A DNA stretch of 64,000 nucleotides from an uncultured Actinomycetota bacterium (GCA_963704075.1 CAVPGV010000010.1:80564-144563); one strand, 5' to 3'; positions 28,904-39,821 are shown, counted from the stretch's first letter. Numbers and translations are program-made. Notes: a model not told the origin generated them from the letters alone.

Positions 28904-28917
28904 TACCGTCAGGAGCC

Positions 28918-29865
28918 ATGATCTCGCTGCAGGACGTCACCAAGCAGTACCCGGACGGCACCGTCGCTGTCCACGACCTCACGCTGGAGGTCGATGAGGG
29001 GGTGATCTGCGCACTCGTCGGACCGTCGGGGTGCGGCAAGACCACCACGATGCGGATGATCAACCGGTTGATCGAGCCCACGGGCGGCACGATCCAGGTG
29101 GCCGGTGAGGATGTGACGTCGTTGGACGTGCAGGAGTTGCGCCGACGCATCGGGTACGTCATCCAGAACTCGGGCTTGTTCCCCCACTACACCGTGCGCA
29201 AGAACGTGGGCACCGTATGTCGCTTGCTGGGATGGGACAAGCAGAAGATCGCGGCACGCGTCGACGAGATGCTGGAACTGGTCGACCTGGAGCCGGACAC
29301 GTTCGGCGACCGGTACCCCCACCAACTGTCGGGTGGCCAGAAGCAGCGGGTGGGGGTGGCCCGGGCGCTGGCCGCGGATCCCCCGGTGATGCTCATGGAC
29401 GAGCCTTTCGGCGCCGTAGACCCGATCGCGCGTGAGCGGCTCCAGGACGAGTTCCTGGCGTTGCATGCGCGCATGCGCAAGACCGTGGTCCTGGTGACTC
29501 ACGACATCGATGAAGCGGTGAAACTCGGGGACCGCATCGCGGTGCTCAAGCAGGGTGGGTATCTGGAGCAGTACGACCGGCCGGCGGCGGTGCTGGGGTT
29601 CCCCACCAGCGACTTCGTGGCCGATTTCGTGGGATCCGACCGGGCCATCAAACGCCTGCGGGTCAGCCCCATCCCGGTGTCCGCGTTGGGCGACGAGACC
29701 GTGGCGCCCGGCCCCGGCGTGATCGAGGTCGCGCAGGACGCCTCCATGTACGACCTGCTGGCCGCGGTGCTGCAAGCCGAATCCAGCCTGGCGCGTATCA
29801 CACCGGGCGGCCAGGCCGTGCGCGTCGGGGACATCGACCGCTTGATGGAGGCGTCGCGCCCGTAG
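28918..29865 (+). CDS. ABC transporter ATP-binding protein with C-terminal CBS-type region (OpuCA/OpuBA-like)
   Basis: Start at MISLQDV (28918). Walker A GPSGCGKTT, signature LSGGQKQRV, Walker B VMLMDEPF. Transcribed divergently from its permease genes. Confidence 0.85.
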   Translation: MISLQDVTKQYPDGTVAVHDLTLEVDEGVICALVGPSGCGKTTTMRMINRLIEPTGGTIQVAGEDVTSLDVQELRRRIGYVIQNSGLFPHYTVRKNVGTVCRLLGWDKQKIAARVDEMLELVDLEPDTFGDRYPHQLSGGQKQRVGVARALAADPPVMLMDEPFGAVDPIARERLQDEFLALHARMRKTVVLVTHDIDEAVKLGDRIAVLKQGGYLEQYDRPAAVLGFPTSDFVADFVGSDRAIKRLRVSPIPVSALGDETVAPGPGVIEVAQDASMYDLLAAVLQAESSLARITPGGQAVRVGDIDRLMEASRP

Positions 29866-30028
29866 GCGCAGGCTGACCGGTGGCGCAAGCTGACCGGTGG
29901 CCAAAGCCAGCCGTTGGAGTTGGGCACAACCGTTGGAGATACGCACGGGGGTTGGAGTTGCGCGGCCGTTGCAAGTCCAACGGTTGTACCTGAGTCCAAC
30001 GGCTGTGCAGAAGTCCAACGGTTGCGCG
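29866..30028. repeat. REP-like nested palindrome of CGTTGGA units, copy E3
   Basis: Starts right after the stop codon with two decayed units (GCGCAGGCTGACCGGTG, GCGCAAGCTGACCGGTG). Then forward units GCCAGCCGTTGGAGTTGG, GCACAACCGTTGGAGATAC, GCACGGGGGTTGGAGTTGC. Centre GCGGCCGTTGCAAG. Reverse units TCCAACGGTTGTACC, TCCAACGGCTGTGCAG, TCCAACGGTTGCGCGG. Confidence 0.9.
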
Positions 30029-30039
30029 GAAGCCGCCCG

Positions 30040-30324
30040 TCAGCTCTTCTCGTGCTCCCGAATGTAGGTCGCGTACCGCGCCACGAACAACGGCTCCATG
30101 TCGCCCACCTTGTCGTGACCGAACGCCTCCTTCGCCGCGGACATCAGCCCCAGCAGAGACCCGGAGATGTCGCCGAGGGATCCGCCTTCGTCCGAGACGT
30201 TCTCCAACGCCGGAGTGTGGGTCAGCAAGTCGTAGAAGAATCCGATGTCATGGCGCTTTTCGGCAAGTTCGAAAGCCCGATGGCGCAGTTCTTCGTACGG
30301 GAGATCCTCGAGGGCATCGGCCAT
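30040..30324 (-). CDS. hypothetical acidic protein (94 aa)
   Basis: ORF with clean coding appearance (MADALEDLPYEELRHRAFELAEKRHDIGFFYDLL..). It follows the DUF3180 gene after 9 nt. No family recognised. Confidence 0.5.
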   Translation of the reverse strand: MADALEDLPYEELRHRAFELAEKRHDIGFFYDLLTHTPALENVSDEGGSLGDISGSLLGLMSAAKEAFGHDKVGDMEPLFVARYATYIREHEKS

Positions 30325-30333
30325 GGACCGACT

Positions 30334-30834
30334 CTATCGGACCCTCGGATGTACCCAATCGGCTGCTGAGTCGGTGTCCGTGGTGCCGTCGTCATCATCG
30401 TCGCCATCGCCCTTGATACGGCAGATCCGCTCCAGCCACAACGCCGCCGCGACCATCAGCAGACCGGCCACGATCGCCGCGATGGATGCGAATCCGCGCT
30501 CCCGAGCGGCGAGGATGTACCACTGACCGGCGAACCACACGAGGAACCCGGTGTAGACGCCGGTCGCAATCGCACCTGTGCGGGAGGCGGCCATCGCCAG
30601 AGCAGCCGTGCGTGCGGCTACGAACGGGTCGACCGGGCCCTCACGGATGCGCTTGCGGATGCCCAGCGCCCAGAAGAACAACGCCAGGGCCAGAATCGCC
30701 AGGGTGGCGGGGGCGGTCCAGACGACGGGCACACTGCGCCCGGCGATGTCGTCCACGAGGTCGGCGAGCACCCAACCCGCCACGGCACTGACGACACCGA
30801 GGGTGATCAGCAGTCGGGCACTGGTTGGAGTCAC
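30334..30834 (-). CDS. DUF3180 membrane protein (conserved folK neighbour)
   Basis: 166 aa, four TM helices, acidic tail (GDGDDDDDG). Position downstream of folK matches the Rv3605c-type gene. 4-nt overlap with the folK stop. Confidence 0.65.
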   Translation of the reverse strand: MTPTSARLLITLGVVSAVAGWVLADLVDDIAGRSVPVVWTAPATLAILALALFFWALGIRKRIREGPVDPFVAARTAALAMAASRTGAIATGVYTGFLVWFAGQWYILAARERGFASIAAIVAGLLMVAAALWLERICRIKGDGDDDDDGTTDTDSAADWVHPRVR

Positions 30835-31328
30835 CGTTCCACTGTACGCAGCAACCGGCCGAGAGGTCGAACTCCTTCATCGGGCATCGCGTCGCGCACC
30901 GCGGCGACCGCTCGGCCGTCCGGGAGCACGAACTGCGGGTCGGCCTGCGCCCAGGGGATCATGACGAAGGCGCGCTCGGTCGCCCGCGGATGCGGCAACG
31001 TCAGGTCAGGGTCGTCACTGACGCGATCGCCGAAAGCCAGGACGTCGACGTCCAGGGTCCGCGGACCCCAGCGGACCTCGCGGGTGCGACCCTTGCCCCG
31101 TTCCGCGCGTTGTGCTGTGGACAGTACCTCCGCGGCGGAAGCGTTCGTCTCGACGATGACCACCGCGTTGTAGTACTCCGGTTGCTCCGGACCTCCCACG
31201 GGATCGGTCTCGTAGACGTCGGACAGTCCCACGATCTCGCCCAGGCCGGACAGCACGTCCACCGCGTGCTGGAGCGCCGCGACCCGGTCCCCGAGGTTCG
31301 CGCCCAGCGAGAGGGCCACCCGGGTCAT
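30831..31328 (-). CDS. folK: 2-amino-4-hydroxy-6-hydroxymethyldihydropteridine diphosphokinase
   Basis: 165 aa. LSLGANLGDR, YYNAVV, RTLDVDVLAFGD, LTLPHPRATERAFV. Confidence 0.9.
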   Translation of the reverse strand: MTRVALSLGANLGDRVAALQHAVDVLSGLGEIVGLSDVYETDPVGGPEQPEYYNAVVIVETNASAAEVLSTAQRAERGKGRTREVRWGPRTLDVDVLAFGDRVSDDPDLTLPHPRATERAFVMIPWAQADPQFVLPDGRAVAAVRDAMPDEGVRPLGRLLRTVER

Positions 31329-31380
31329 GGGCGCGAACTCAACGAAGCGGCACGCAGGTGGCGACCGAAAGGCAAGTGGC

Positions 31381-31734
31381 TCATCGCGTAATCCGAAGGG
31401 TCACGTCCTCGAAGATCTCCGTGACCGGCGCGAACGGCTTGTGTACGGTCACGGTCACCTGTTCGACCCCGGCGAACTGCTTGATCCGCTCGGCGATCCT
31501 CGCCGCGAGCGTCTCGATCAGTTGGAACGCGGGTCCCGTGATGATCCGGACCACCTCGGTACTCACGGCCCCGTAGTCCACCGTGGCCACGAGGTCGTCA
31601 TCGGCTGCTGCGGCTCGCGTGTCCACTGCCATCTCGACGTCCACGACGAACGGCTGCCCGATCTCCTGCTCGAAAGCCAGAACTCCGTGTTTGCCCCGGG
31701 CCCGGATCCCCAGAATGCTGATGGTGTCGCTCAT
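31381..31734 (-). CDS. folB: dihydroneopterin aldolase
   Basis: Start at MSDTISILG (31734), overlapping the folP stop. GVLAFEQEIGQPFVVDVEM, DYGAV. Confidence 0.85.
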   Translation of the reverse strand: MSDTISILGIRARGKHGVLAFEQEIGQPFVVDVEMAVDTRAAAADDDLVATVDYGAVSTEVVRIITGPAFQLIETLAARIAERIKQFAGVEQVTVTVHKPFAPVTEIFEDVTLRITR

Positions 31735-32537
31735 GTGGCCTCCTGCCATGCGGCTGCGACCCTCACCGCGTCGCAACTCCCCAGAACATCATGGACCCGC
31801 ACACCCCAGACCCCGCGCGTGGCGGCCAGCGCACTGACCGCCGCCGTCGCGACATCGCGCTGCTCCTCCGGTCGTGCAGCTGAATCCGTCGCGAGCAGGG
31901 CACCGAGGAACCGCTTGCGAGAGGCGCCGATCAGCACCCGCGGACCGATACCCACCAGGCGCGGCAGACCGGCGAGCAACTCCCAGTTGTGGTGGGCCTG
32001 CTTGGCGAAGCCCAGACCCGGATCGAGGATCACCCGGTCCGCGGCGATGCCGGCCTCGACGCACGCGAGGAGCCGTTGTTCCAAGGCCGCGGAAACCTCC
32101 GTGGCAACGTCGGTGTAATGGGTGAAGGAGTCCATCTGGGTTGATTGCGCTCGCCAGTGCATGGCCACGTAGTCGACCTCGAGTTCAGCGACAGCGGCCA
32201 TCATCGTAGGGTCCGCGAGGCCTCCGCTCACATCGTTGACCATCCGTGCACCTGCGGCGACGCACGCACGCGCGACCGGGGCCCGCATGGTGTCGATGCT
32301 CACCTCCACACCCTCGGACGCCAACGCCGCGACGACCGGCACGACCCTCTCGAGCTCCGTCTCCAGCGAAACCCGCTCGGCGCCGGGACGGGTGGATTCG
32401 CCACCCACGTCCACCCAGCGCGCTCCGTCGGCGACCATGCCGATCCCGGCTTCGACAGCCGCGGCCGGGCTCCCGTAGCGACCGCCGTCGCTGAAGGAAT
32501 CGGGGGTGACGTTGAGCACCCCCATCACGATGGTCAC
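31731..32537 (-). CDS. folP: dihydropteroate synthase
   Basis: Start at GTG 32537, overlapping the folE stop (GTGA). [53 protein letters not shown]. Confidence 0.9.
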   Translation of the reverse strand: MTIVMGVLNVTPDSFSDGGRYGSPAAAVEAGIGMVADGARWVDVGGESTRPGAERVSLETELERVVPVVAALASEGVEVSIDTMRAPVARACVAAGARMVNDVSGGLADPTMMAAVAELEVDYVAMHWRAQSTQMDSFTHYTDVATEVSAALEQRLLACVEAGIAADRVILDPGLGFAKQAHHNWELLAGLPRLVGIGPRVLIGASRKRFLGALLATDSAARPEEQRDVATAAVSALAATRGVWGVRVHDVLGSCDAVRVAAAWQEAT

Positions 32538-33136
32538 CGACCGAGGATAAGTGACATCGCTTCCGCCCGGGTGGCCGAATCGCGCAACTGCCCGCGCACG
32601 GCACTGGTGGTGGTGGTCGATCCCGGCTTGCGGATTCCGCGCATGGCCATGCACAAGTGTTCACACTCGATGACCACGATCACCCCCCGGGGCTTCAGGA
32701 TGCCCTGCAGCGCATCGGCGATCTGGGTGGTCAGGCGCTCCTGGACCTGCGGTCGTTTGGCATACACGTCGACCAATCGCGCCAGTTTGCTCAAGCCGGT
32801 GATTCGGCCGTCGTCGGCGGGGATGTAGCCGACATGCGCTTTGCCGAAGAACGGGACAAGGTGGTGTTCGCAGTGGCTCCACAGTTCGATGTCCCGCACG
32901 AGCACGAGTTCGTCGTGGGCCAAGTCGAAGGTGGTGGTGAGAACCTCCTCGGGCCCTTGGCGCATCCCGGCGAACACTTCGGCGTACATCCGCGCGACCC
33001 GGGCCGGCGTGTCCTTGAGTCCGTCGCGGCCGGGGTCCTCACCCACGGCGTAGAGCAACTCACGGATCGCCGCTTCCGCGCGCTCGGAGTCGAACTGCGG
33101 AATCTCGCGGTCGGGCAGACTGATCGAATCGGTCAT
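32534..33136 (-). CDS. folE: GTP cyclohydrolase I
   Basis: Start at MTDSISL (33136). [35 protein letters not shown]. Confidence 0.9.
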   Translation of the reverse strand: MTDSISLPDREIPQFDSERAEAAIRELLYAVGEDPGRDGLKDTPARVARMYAEVFAGMRQGPEEVLTTTFDLAHDELVLVRDIELWSHCEHHLVPFFGKAHVGYIPADDGRITGLSKLARLVDVYAKRPQVQERLTTQIADALQGILKPRGVIVVIECEHLCMAMRGIRKPGSTTTTSAVRGQLRDSATRAEAMSLILGR

Positions 33137-33294
33137 TCGTCCAGTTTGGGGCAATTCCGCGGGTTCCGCCCGATGGGGTGCTTCAGGCCTGCGCGCCACC
33201 TCAATGGCAGTCGCACCAGAGTCCACCATCGTCAGCAGTCCGAGACCGCCGGCGACCCTGTGACGGGCGACGGTGACCCTCGGGATTCCTCGAC

Positions 33295-35262
33295 TCAGAC
33301 GGGCGGGTCAGGAATCGGCAGGCCCGCACCGGATCCGGATCCGGATCCGTTGCCGTTCGAGCCGGCCGGGTAATCCACCGGACCACGCTCGTGCGGACGA
33401 CGGCGAGCCGAACCGGTCCAGGCCGGCCGAGCCTGCCGCAGCCGGAGTTCGGCGAAAATGCCGGCCACCTGCTCCTTGTCCAGAGTCTCCTTCTCCAGCA
33501 GTTCCACGACCAGCCTGTCCAGGATGTCGCGGTTGTCGAACAGGATCTCGTAGGCCTCTTGATGCGCCTGTTCGATCAAGGAGCGAACCTCCTCGTCGAT
33601 GGCCGCCGCGATCTCCTCGGAGTAGTCGCGCACGTGGCCCATGTCACGGCCCAGGAACACCTCGTTGTTCTCCTGGCCGTAGCGGATGGCTCCGAGCCGC
33701 TCGGTCATGCCGTACTGGGTGACCATCGCACGTGCCACGGCGGTCGCCTTCTCGATGTCGTTGGAGGCACCGGTGGTCGGGTCGTGGAAGACCATCTCCT
33801 CAGCCGCGCGACCGCCCAGCATGTACGACAACTGGTCGAGCATCTCGTTGCGGGTGGTCGAGTACTTCTCCTCGTCCGGAAGGACCATCGTGTAGCCCAA
33901 GGCCCTCCCGCGGGGCAGGATCGTGATCTTGTGCACCGGGTCGCTGTTGGGCAATGCGGCGGCGACCAGCGCATGCCCGCCCTCGTGGTAGGCCGTGATC
34001 CGCTTCTCCGCCTCGTTCATCAGCCGGGAACGCTTCTGCGGCCCGGCAACAACGCGGTCGATCGCCTCGTCCACGGCCTCCGGGGTGATCAGGGTCTGGT
34101 TCTCGCGCGCGGTGAGCAGAGCGGCCTCGTTCAGCACGTTGGCCAGGTCCGCTCCCGTGAAACCGGGCGTCCTTCGGGCGATGTTCATCAGGTCGATACC
34201 GGGCGCTATCGGTTTGCCTTTGATGTGGACCTTGAGGATTTCCTCGCGGCCCTTGAGGTCCGGGCGCTCGACGGCGATCTGGCGGTCGAACCGGCCGGGG
34301 CGCAGAAGAGCCGGGTCGAGGATGTCCGGGCGGTTGGTGGCTGCGATCAGGATGACACCACCTGAGACGTCGAAGCCGTCCATCTCGACCAGCAGCTGGT
34401 TCAGGGTCTGTTCGCGCTCATCGTGCCCACCGCCGAGTCCCGCCCCGCGGTGACGGCCGACCGCATCGATCTCGTCGACGAACACGATGGCCGGCGCGTT
34501 GGTCTTGGCCTGCTCGAAGAGGTCGCGCACCCGGGAAGCTCCCACCCCGACGAACATCTCGACGAAGTCGGATCCGGAGATCGAGTAGAACGGCACGCCG
34601 GCCTCCCCGGCCACGGCCCGGGCGAGCAGCGTCTTGCCGGTTCCAGGTGGCCCGTAGAGCAGGACACCTTTGGGGATCTTCGCCCCCACAGCCTGGAACT
34701 TGGCCGGTTGTGCCAGGAATTCCTTGATCTCCTCGAGTTCCTCTTTGGCCTCGTCGGCACCGGCCACATCGGCGAACGTGGTCTGTGGCATGTCCTTGGA
34801 GATGATCTTGGCCTTCGACTTGCCGAAGTTCATGATCCGGGATCCGCCGCCCTGCATCTGCGACATGAAGAAGAACAGCAGACCGACGATGAGGATGACC
34901 GGAAGCAGGGAGACCAGCAATGTCACCAGGATGTTGTCACGGGGCACGTCCACCGTGTAGCCATCGGGCAGTTGCCCGGCGTCCTTCTTGGCCTGCAACT
35001 GGTTCTGCAGTTCGAGACCCTGCCCGGTGATGTACTCCGACCGGACCTCGGTGCCGTCCTGCAAGGTGAGCTCGATGCGCTGCTCACGATCGACCAGGGT
35101 TGCCTGCTTCACCTGGTTCTGCTCTATGTAGTCGACCGCCTGCCAGGTGTCGACGTCCTTGGTTCCGCCCACGCCGGACACCAGGCTGCTGCCGAGCAGC
35201 ACCAACAGCACTGCCAGCAGAATCCACAACAACGGCCCACGCGCCAAGCGCTTCATGTTCAT
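33295..35262 (-). CDS. ftsH: ATP-dependent zinc metalloprotease FtsH
   Basis: 655 aa, intact. Two TM helices, Walker [12 protein letters not shown], Walker B VFVDEIDA, zinc site HEGGHAL. Confidence 0.95.
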   Translation of the reverse strand: MNMKRLARGPLLWILLAVLLVLLGSSLVSGVGGTKDVDTWQAVDYIEQNQVKQATLVDREQRIELTLQDGTEVRSEYITGQGLELQNQLQAKKDAGQLPDGYTVDVPRDNILVTLLVSLLPVILIVGLLFFFMSQMQGGGSRIMNFGKSKAKIISKDMPQTTFADVAGADEAKEELEEIKEFLAQPAKFQAVGAKIPKGVLLYGPPGTGKTLLARAVAGEAGVPFYSISGSDFVEMFVGVGASRVRDLFEQAKTNAPAIVFVDEIDAVGRHRGAGLGGGHDEREQTLNQLLVEMDGFDVSGGVILIAATNRPDILDPALLRPGRFDRQIAVERPDLKGREEILKVHIKGKPIAPGIDLMNIARRTPGFTGADLANVLNEAALLTARENQTLITPEAVDEAIDRVVAGPQKRSRLMNEAEKRITAYHEGGHALVAAALPNSDPVHKITILPRGRALGYTMVLPDEEKYSTTRNEMLDQLSYMLGGRAAEEMVFHDPTTGASNDIEKATAVARAMVTQYGMTERLGAIRYGQENNEVFLGRDMGHVRDYSEEIAAAIDEEVRSLIEQAHQEAYEILFDNRDILDRLVVELLEKETLDKEQVAGIFAELRLRQARPAWTGSARRRPHERGPVDYPAGSNGNGSGSGSGAGLPIPDPPV

Positions 35263-35477
35263 CTCCTTGAGGATAGAACGGTTGAACCCGGTGCGTTCAT
35301 TCCCATGGGGCTAAGGGGGTGCCTGAGGTTGCGCCGGTCCCCCAGCCCGGTCGTTGCTTCGGCCTGCTGATTCCGGGTCCAGCCGGGGTCCCCGACGAGC
35401 GTCATACCAGGGGCGGCGGCTCGCGGAATCGGGGAGCCCAACAGACGCGCGTTCGACTCGCCCGGCGGCTCGCAAGC

Positions 35478-35602
35478 CGGCAGGCGTTGGAGTTGGGTAC
35501 AGACGTTGGACAACCGCACAGGCGTTGGAGATACGCGGCCCGTGGATCTCTCACCGATGTACCGGACTCCAACGGATGTGCACAACTCCAACGTCTGTGC
35601 GC
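35478..35602. repeat. REP-like nested palindrome of CGTTGGA units, copy E4
   Basis: Forward units GGCAGGCGTTGGAGTTGG, GTACAGACGTTGGACAACC, GCACAGGCGTTGGAGATAC. Centre GCGGCCCGTGG. Then a decayed unit (TCTCACCGATGTACC), followed by CTCCAACGGATGTGCAC and CTCCAACGTCTGTGCGC. Confidence 0.9.
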
Positions 35603-35723
35603 GAGGACACCGGGGTTGTTCCACCCGCCCGACCGGACGATCACGGCCCAACGGTCCACGGTCCTTCCGGGAGCCCACAGGACGTCCCTTCGACTCCCGG
35701 ATTCTGCCGCGCCCGGTGGCTCG

Positions 35724-36284
35724 TTACGCGCGACCCTCGTACACCGACGGCGAGAGTTTTGCGACGCAGTCGAGGTTCCGGTACTTCTCGGCATAATCGA
35801 GGCCGTATCCGACCACGAAGTCGTTGGGGATGTCGAAGCCGAGGTATCTCACGTCCACTTCGGTGCGCATAGCGTCCGGCTTGCGCAGCAGTGTCAGCAC
35901 CTCGACGCTCGCGGCACCCCGCGAACGGAGGTTGCGCAATAGCCAGGAGAGGGTCAGACCGGAATCGAGGATGTCCTCGACGATGAGCACGTGCCGCCCG
36001 CTCAGATCGGCATCGAGGTCCTTGAGGATGCGCACGACGCCGGAACTCTTGGTGCTCGATCCGTATGAGCTGACCGCCATCCAGTCCATCTCCACCGGGA
36101 TCGTCAGCGCCCGGATGAAGTCGGCCACCACCATCACGGCACCCTTGAGCACGCCGACGATGAGCAGATCCTTGTCGCGGTAGTCCGCGTCCACCTGGGC
36201 GGCCAGCTGGCCGAGTCGGGCCTGTAGTTCCTCAGCGCTGATCAGTACCGCTTCCAGGTCTCCATTGACATCCTCAACGTGCAC
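35724..36284 (-). CDS. hpt: hypoxanthine phosphoribosyltransferase
   Basis: Start taken at GTG 36284. [32 protein letters not shown] (PRPP motif), [13 protein letters not shown]. Confidence 0.9.
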   Translation of the reverse strand: MHVEDVNGDLEAVLISAEELQARLGQLAAQVDADYRDKDLLIVGVLKGAVMVVADFIRALTIPVEMDWMAVSSYGSSTKSSGVVRILKDLDADLSGRHVLIVEDILDSGLTLSWLLRNLRSRGAASVEVLTLLRKPDAMRTEVDVRYLGFDIPNDFVVGYGLDYAEKYRNLDCVAKLSPSVYEGRA

Positions 36285-37332
36285 TGCGCCTCCCGGATGC
36301 TCGATGCAGCACAAGACTGCCAGACTCCCGCCGCGCGCGGACGCCGCCCGGCAAATCAATGGGTCCTTGGCCGTGCCACGCGGTCACCAGCGCGTAGACC
36401 GACAGCAGGTGTTCGCGCGTGATCGCGGCACCCGGACACCCGGCTTCCAAGGCCATCCGCCGAATCACCCGCACACCCACTGCCGCCGGAATCCGTTCCA
36501 GAGACTGGATCGGCGCGGCGACCTGCGCGGGGCCCGATTCCGCTTCGATGCAATCCGCCCAGGCATCGAGGGCGGCATTGTCCTCGCCCAACGAGGCCGC
36601 CGACCGGGCCAGGCCGAGCACGACATGATCCCCCAGGTCCTCGACCAAAGCCGGCAGGCTGTGGTGGCGGACCCGCGATCGGGCGTAGCGAGCGTCGGTG
36701 TTGTGAGAATCCTCATGAGCGGAGAGCCCCGCCTGCGTGCAGGCCGCGCGGACCGTCTCGCGTCGCAGTCCCAGCAGCGGCCGCCGGAGATCACCGTCGA
36801 CCGGCGACATCCCGGCGAGGCTGCGAGCGCCGGATCCACGGGCCAATCGCAGCAACACCGTCTCGGCCTGGTCATCGAGAGTGTGTCCGAGCAGCAAGGA
36901 CGTCGCGTCGAGTTCGCGGGCGACTTGGCGCATTGCGCGATACCGCCCATCGCGGGCTGCCGCCTCCGGACCGCCTCGCGAGCCCACCTCGGCGCGTCGC
37001 GTCACCACGGGGTGCAGACCCAGATCGCGACATTGCGCGGCTGCGGTGGAAGCGACGTCGGCGGAACCGACCTGCAAACCATGGTCGACCACGACTGCAC
37101 CCACGTGACGGCCGCTGATCGCAGCACCTGCCGCCAGCGCCAGCGAGTCAGCGCCCCCGGAACACGCGACGAGGACCAGCTGGCTGGGGTCGGAATCGGC
37201 GAGATTGGCGATCACCGCGCGGCGGACCGCCAACAACGCGGGCCCCGCTGCGCGTTCATTCACCGCCGATCCCCTGACGATGACATGCACTGGGTACCAC
37301 GGTGCTTCCGGCGTCAGACCCGGGCCAGCCAC
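36274..37332 (-). CDS. tilS: tRNA(Ile)-lysidine synthase
   Basis: [15 protein letters not shown]-loop, [23 protein letters not shown]. The start may be a later GTG (about 37287). Confidence 0.85.
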   Translation of the reverse strand: MAGPGLTPEAPWYPVHVIVRGSAVNERAAGPALLAVRRAVIANLADSDPSQLVLVACSGGADSLALAAGAAISGRHVGAVVVDHGLQVGSADVASTAAAQCRDLGLHPVVTRRAEVGSRGGPEAAARDGRYRAMRQVARELDATSLLLGHTLDDQAETVLLRLARGSGARSLAGMSPVDGDLRRPLLGLRRETVRAACTQAGLSAHEDSHNTDARYARSRVRHHSLPALVEDLGDHVVLGLARSAASLGEDNAALDAWADCIEAESGPAQVAAPIQSLERIPAAVGVRVIRRMALEAGCPGAAITREHLLSVYALVTAWHGQGPIDLPGGVRARRESGSLVLHRASGRRSAR

Positions 37333-38330
37333 TGCGCGGGATCCTCGATCTCCGCGCGGGTGGGCAGATGGTCCGCGGACTCCCAGACGGCGTTGAGCCG
37401 GGGCATGCCGCCGTCGGCCATCACCGCTCGCACAAAAGAAGCGCCCTGGGCATACTGACGTGCTTTGAGGTCCATGCCCAGGACTCTGCGCAAGAAACCC
37501 TCCCAGCCGCTGGTGCCCGCGGCCCGCCGGTACTGGAACGCTGCCCGGATCACTTTCACCGTGGGGATCGCCTGCGGCCCGACCTCGTCCATCACCACAT
37601 CGGCGTGTCCCTCAAGCAGGCTCATCACCGCCGTCAACCGGTCGAACACCTGCTTCTGTTCCGGCGATTGCAGGGCCCCGATCACCCCGTCGGGTTCGTC
37701 GCCGGACCGGACCGCCCTGACCGCGCCTGCCAGCCGACCGAACAACTCACCGGTGCTCATGTCGGACAGGCCCATGTACTCGTGGATGTTCTCCAACAGG
37801 TATCCGGTCAGCCACGGCGCGGCCGCGAACTGGATCCGATGGGTCTGCTCATGCACACATACCCACAAACGGAAGTCGCGCGGCTTCACCTGCAGTTGCC
37901 GTTCGATCTCCACGATGTTCGGTGCGACGAGTAGCAACCGCGGGTCGTCCTCGGTGAAGATCTCGAACTGCCCGAGCACCCGGGAGCCGACGAAACCGAG
38001 CACCAGACCCAGTTGCGCCCCAGTGGCTCGGGAACCGATTTCGCGAGTGAACGCCGAGGCGGTCTCCAGCCGTTCGGTCAGAGGAGCACTGATGCGCTGG
38101 AAACTGTCGAGGTTGGACCGGATCCATTCCGCCCGATCGACCACCTTGACCTCGCTGGGCAGGTGCTGGTGCAAACCCGTGGTCTCCTGCACCAATGGGG
38201 TCGCCTCGCCGGCGAGGTAGTACAACTCCGCGACTACCTGGTTCGCCTCATCGGGGCTCAGCCGCGGTCCGCCCCCCACCACCCGGGCACCCAGGGTGGC
38301 GGCCAGGTTCCAGTCCACGGCATCGGGCAT
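37314..38330 (-). CDS. zinc-dependent metalloprotease (DUF2342/TIGR03624-type hydrolase)
   Basis: Start at MPDAVDW (38330). HExxH as VHEQTHRIQF. Conserved position next to tilS, as in mycobacteria. Confidence 0.75.
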   Translation of the reverse strand: MPDAVDWNLAATLGARVVGGGPRLSPDEANQVVAELYYLAGEATPLVQETTGLHQHLPSEVKVVDRAEWIRSNLDSFQRISAPLTERLETASAFTREIGSRATGAQLGLVLGFVGSRVLGQFEIFTEDDPRLLLVAPNIVEIERQLQVKPRDFRLWVCVHEQTHRIQFAAAPWLTGYLLENIHEYMGLSDMSTGELFGRLAGAVRAVRSGDEPDGVIGALQSPEQKQVFDRLTAVMSLLEGHADVVMDEVGPQAIPTVKVIRAAFQYRRAAGTSGWEGFLRRVLGMDLKARQYAQGASFVRAVMADGGMPRLNAVWESADHLPTRAEIEDPAQWLARV

Positions 38331-38473
38331 GTCTCGACAGTATCCCGAGATCCCATGGGGCGGTTCGTGGCACAGGGCTGCGCGACGAGCGGTGAGGTGT
38401 TCGGTCACGACGGACGACCGGTGATCGCGGCGGGCGCTTGGAGCAAGGGTGCGCTTGGACGTAGGCTCTGCGC

Positions 38474-39091
38474 GTGGACATCGACCGTTTTGTGGCATTC
38501 GTGCTGGCATCCGCCGTCGTCCTGGTCATTCCCGGACCAACGATCCTGTTGGTGGTCACGCGATCCCTCAACCACGGGGCGTCGGTGCGTCGAGCGACGG
38601 TGGCGGGCGTCGTGCTCGGGGATCTGGTCGCCATGACCGCGGCGATGCTCGGCGCGGGAGCCCTGCTTCTGGCATCCGCGGAGCTCTTCACGGTGCTGCG
38701 CATCGCCGGCGGCGCCTATCTCCTTTGGCTGGGAGTTCGCACCTGGCGATCCGCGGGCAGCCAGTGGGTGCTCGAGGACTCCCCAGCGGGTTCGCCCAGA
38801 CGGGTCTTCTCCGAATCGTTCGCGGTCACAGCCACGAATCCCAAGAGCATCGCCTTCTTCGTCGCCTTCGTCCCGCAGTTCATCGATCCAGCGCGGCCGT
38901 GGCTTCCGCAGATCGCTGCCATGATCCTGGTCTTCGTCACGCTGGGCGGGCTCAACGCAGCGGGCTACGCCTGGCTGTCCGGTCGCGCGCGCACCGCGAT
39001 CGCGCAGCCGCGGACCCGTCGGCGGGTAGCACACGGTTCCGGCGGAATACTCGTGGCCGGTGGGGTCGCCGTCATGGCCACGGCCCACTAG
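38474..39091 (+). CDS. LysE/RhtB family amino-acid exporter
   Basis: 205 aa membrane protein. VLVIPGPTILLVVTRS, ATNPKSIAFFVAFVPQF. Confidence 0.8.
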   Translation: MDIDRFVAFVLASAVVLVIPGPTILLVVTRSLNHGASVRRATVAGVVLGDLVAMTAAMLGAGALLLASAELFTVLRIAGGAYLLWLGVRTWRSAGSQWVLEDSPAGSPRRVFSESFAVTATNPKSIAFFVAFVPQFIDPARPWLPQIAAMILVFVTLGGLNAAGYAWLSGRARTAIAQPRTRRRVAHGSGGILVAGGVAVMATAH

Positions 39092-39104
39092 GCGGGCAGC
39101 AGCG

Positions 39105-39821
39105 ATGACGTACTATCGCCGCCGCTTGGCCGAGGTGCATGCGGCCGACTACGCCCATTACGCGCGCGCGGCGGCAGAACTGCTGCTGGCGGAACTCGAG
39201 GGACCCGGGATGGTGATCGATCTCGGATGTGGTGCCGGCGACCTGTGCGAGCCGGTGCGCGCAGCCGGCTTCGAGTACCTCGGGCTGGATCTGAGCCCCG
39301 ACATGGTCGCACTCGCGCGACGTCGGTTCCCCGGCGTCTCGTTCAGCGAGGGATCCGCGTTCGACCTGCCGTCGCTGCGCGACGCAGCAGGGATCGTGGC
39401 TATTGGCGAGGTCGTCAACTACGCCTTGGATCCGCGTGCCGGGGCCAGCGGCCTGGTTCAGTGGCTTCGCGAGTGCCGGGAGCGACTGCGACCCGGTGGC
39501 ATCCTGCTGCTGGACGTCGCCGGACCGCTTCGCGGCGATCCCGAACCCACCACAGCGATCACGGTTGCGCAGGACTACCGGATAGAGGTGACGGTGGGCA
39601 CCGACCCCGGTCGGCGCTTGCTGCGGCGCACGATCACCGTCGACGACGGACTCAGCCGAGACACCGAGGTGCACGAGTTGCACCTGATCGACCCAGTGGA
39701 AGTGATGGCCGCGCTCGCCGGAGCCGGGTTCCAGCCCACCGCCCTCGACGGATACGCCCCCGAGCTGCCGTTCGCGCGCGGGTGGTCGGGATTCCTCGCT
39801 CGGGTGATACTCGATACATGA
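39105..39821 (+). CDS. class I SAM-dependent methyltransferase
   Basis: Start at MTYYRRR (39105). VIDLGCGAGDL motif I, LRPGGILLLDV. Confidence 0.75.
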   Translation: MTYYRRRLAEVHAADYAHYARAAAELLLAELEGPGMVIDLGCGAGDLCEPVRAAGFEYLGLDLSPDMVALARRRFPGVSFSEGSAFDLPSLRDAAGIVAIGEVVNYALDPRAGASGLVQWLRECRERLRPGGILLLDVAGPLRGDPEPTTAITVAQDYRIEVTVGTDPGRRLLRRTITVDDGLSRDTEVHELHLIDPVEVMAALAGAGFQPTALDGYAPELPFARGWSGFLARVILDT

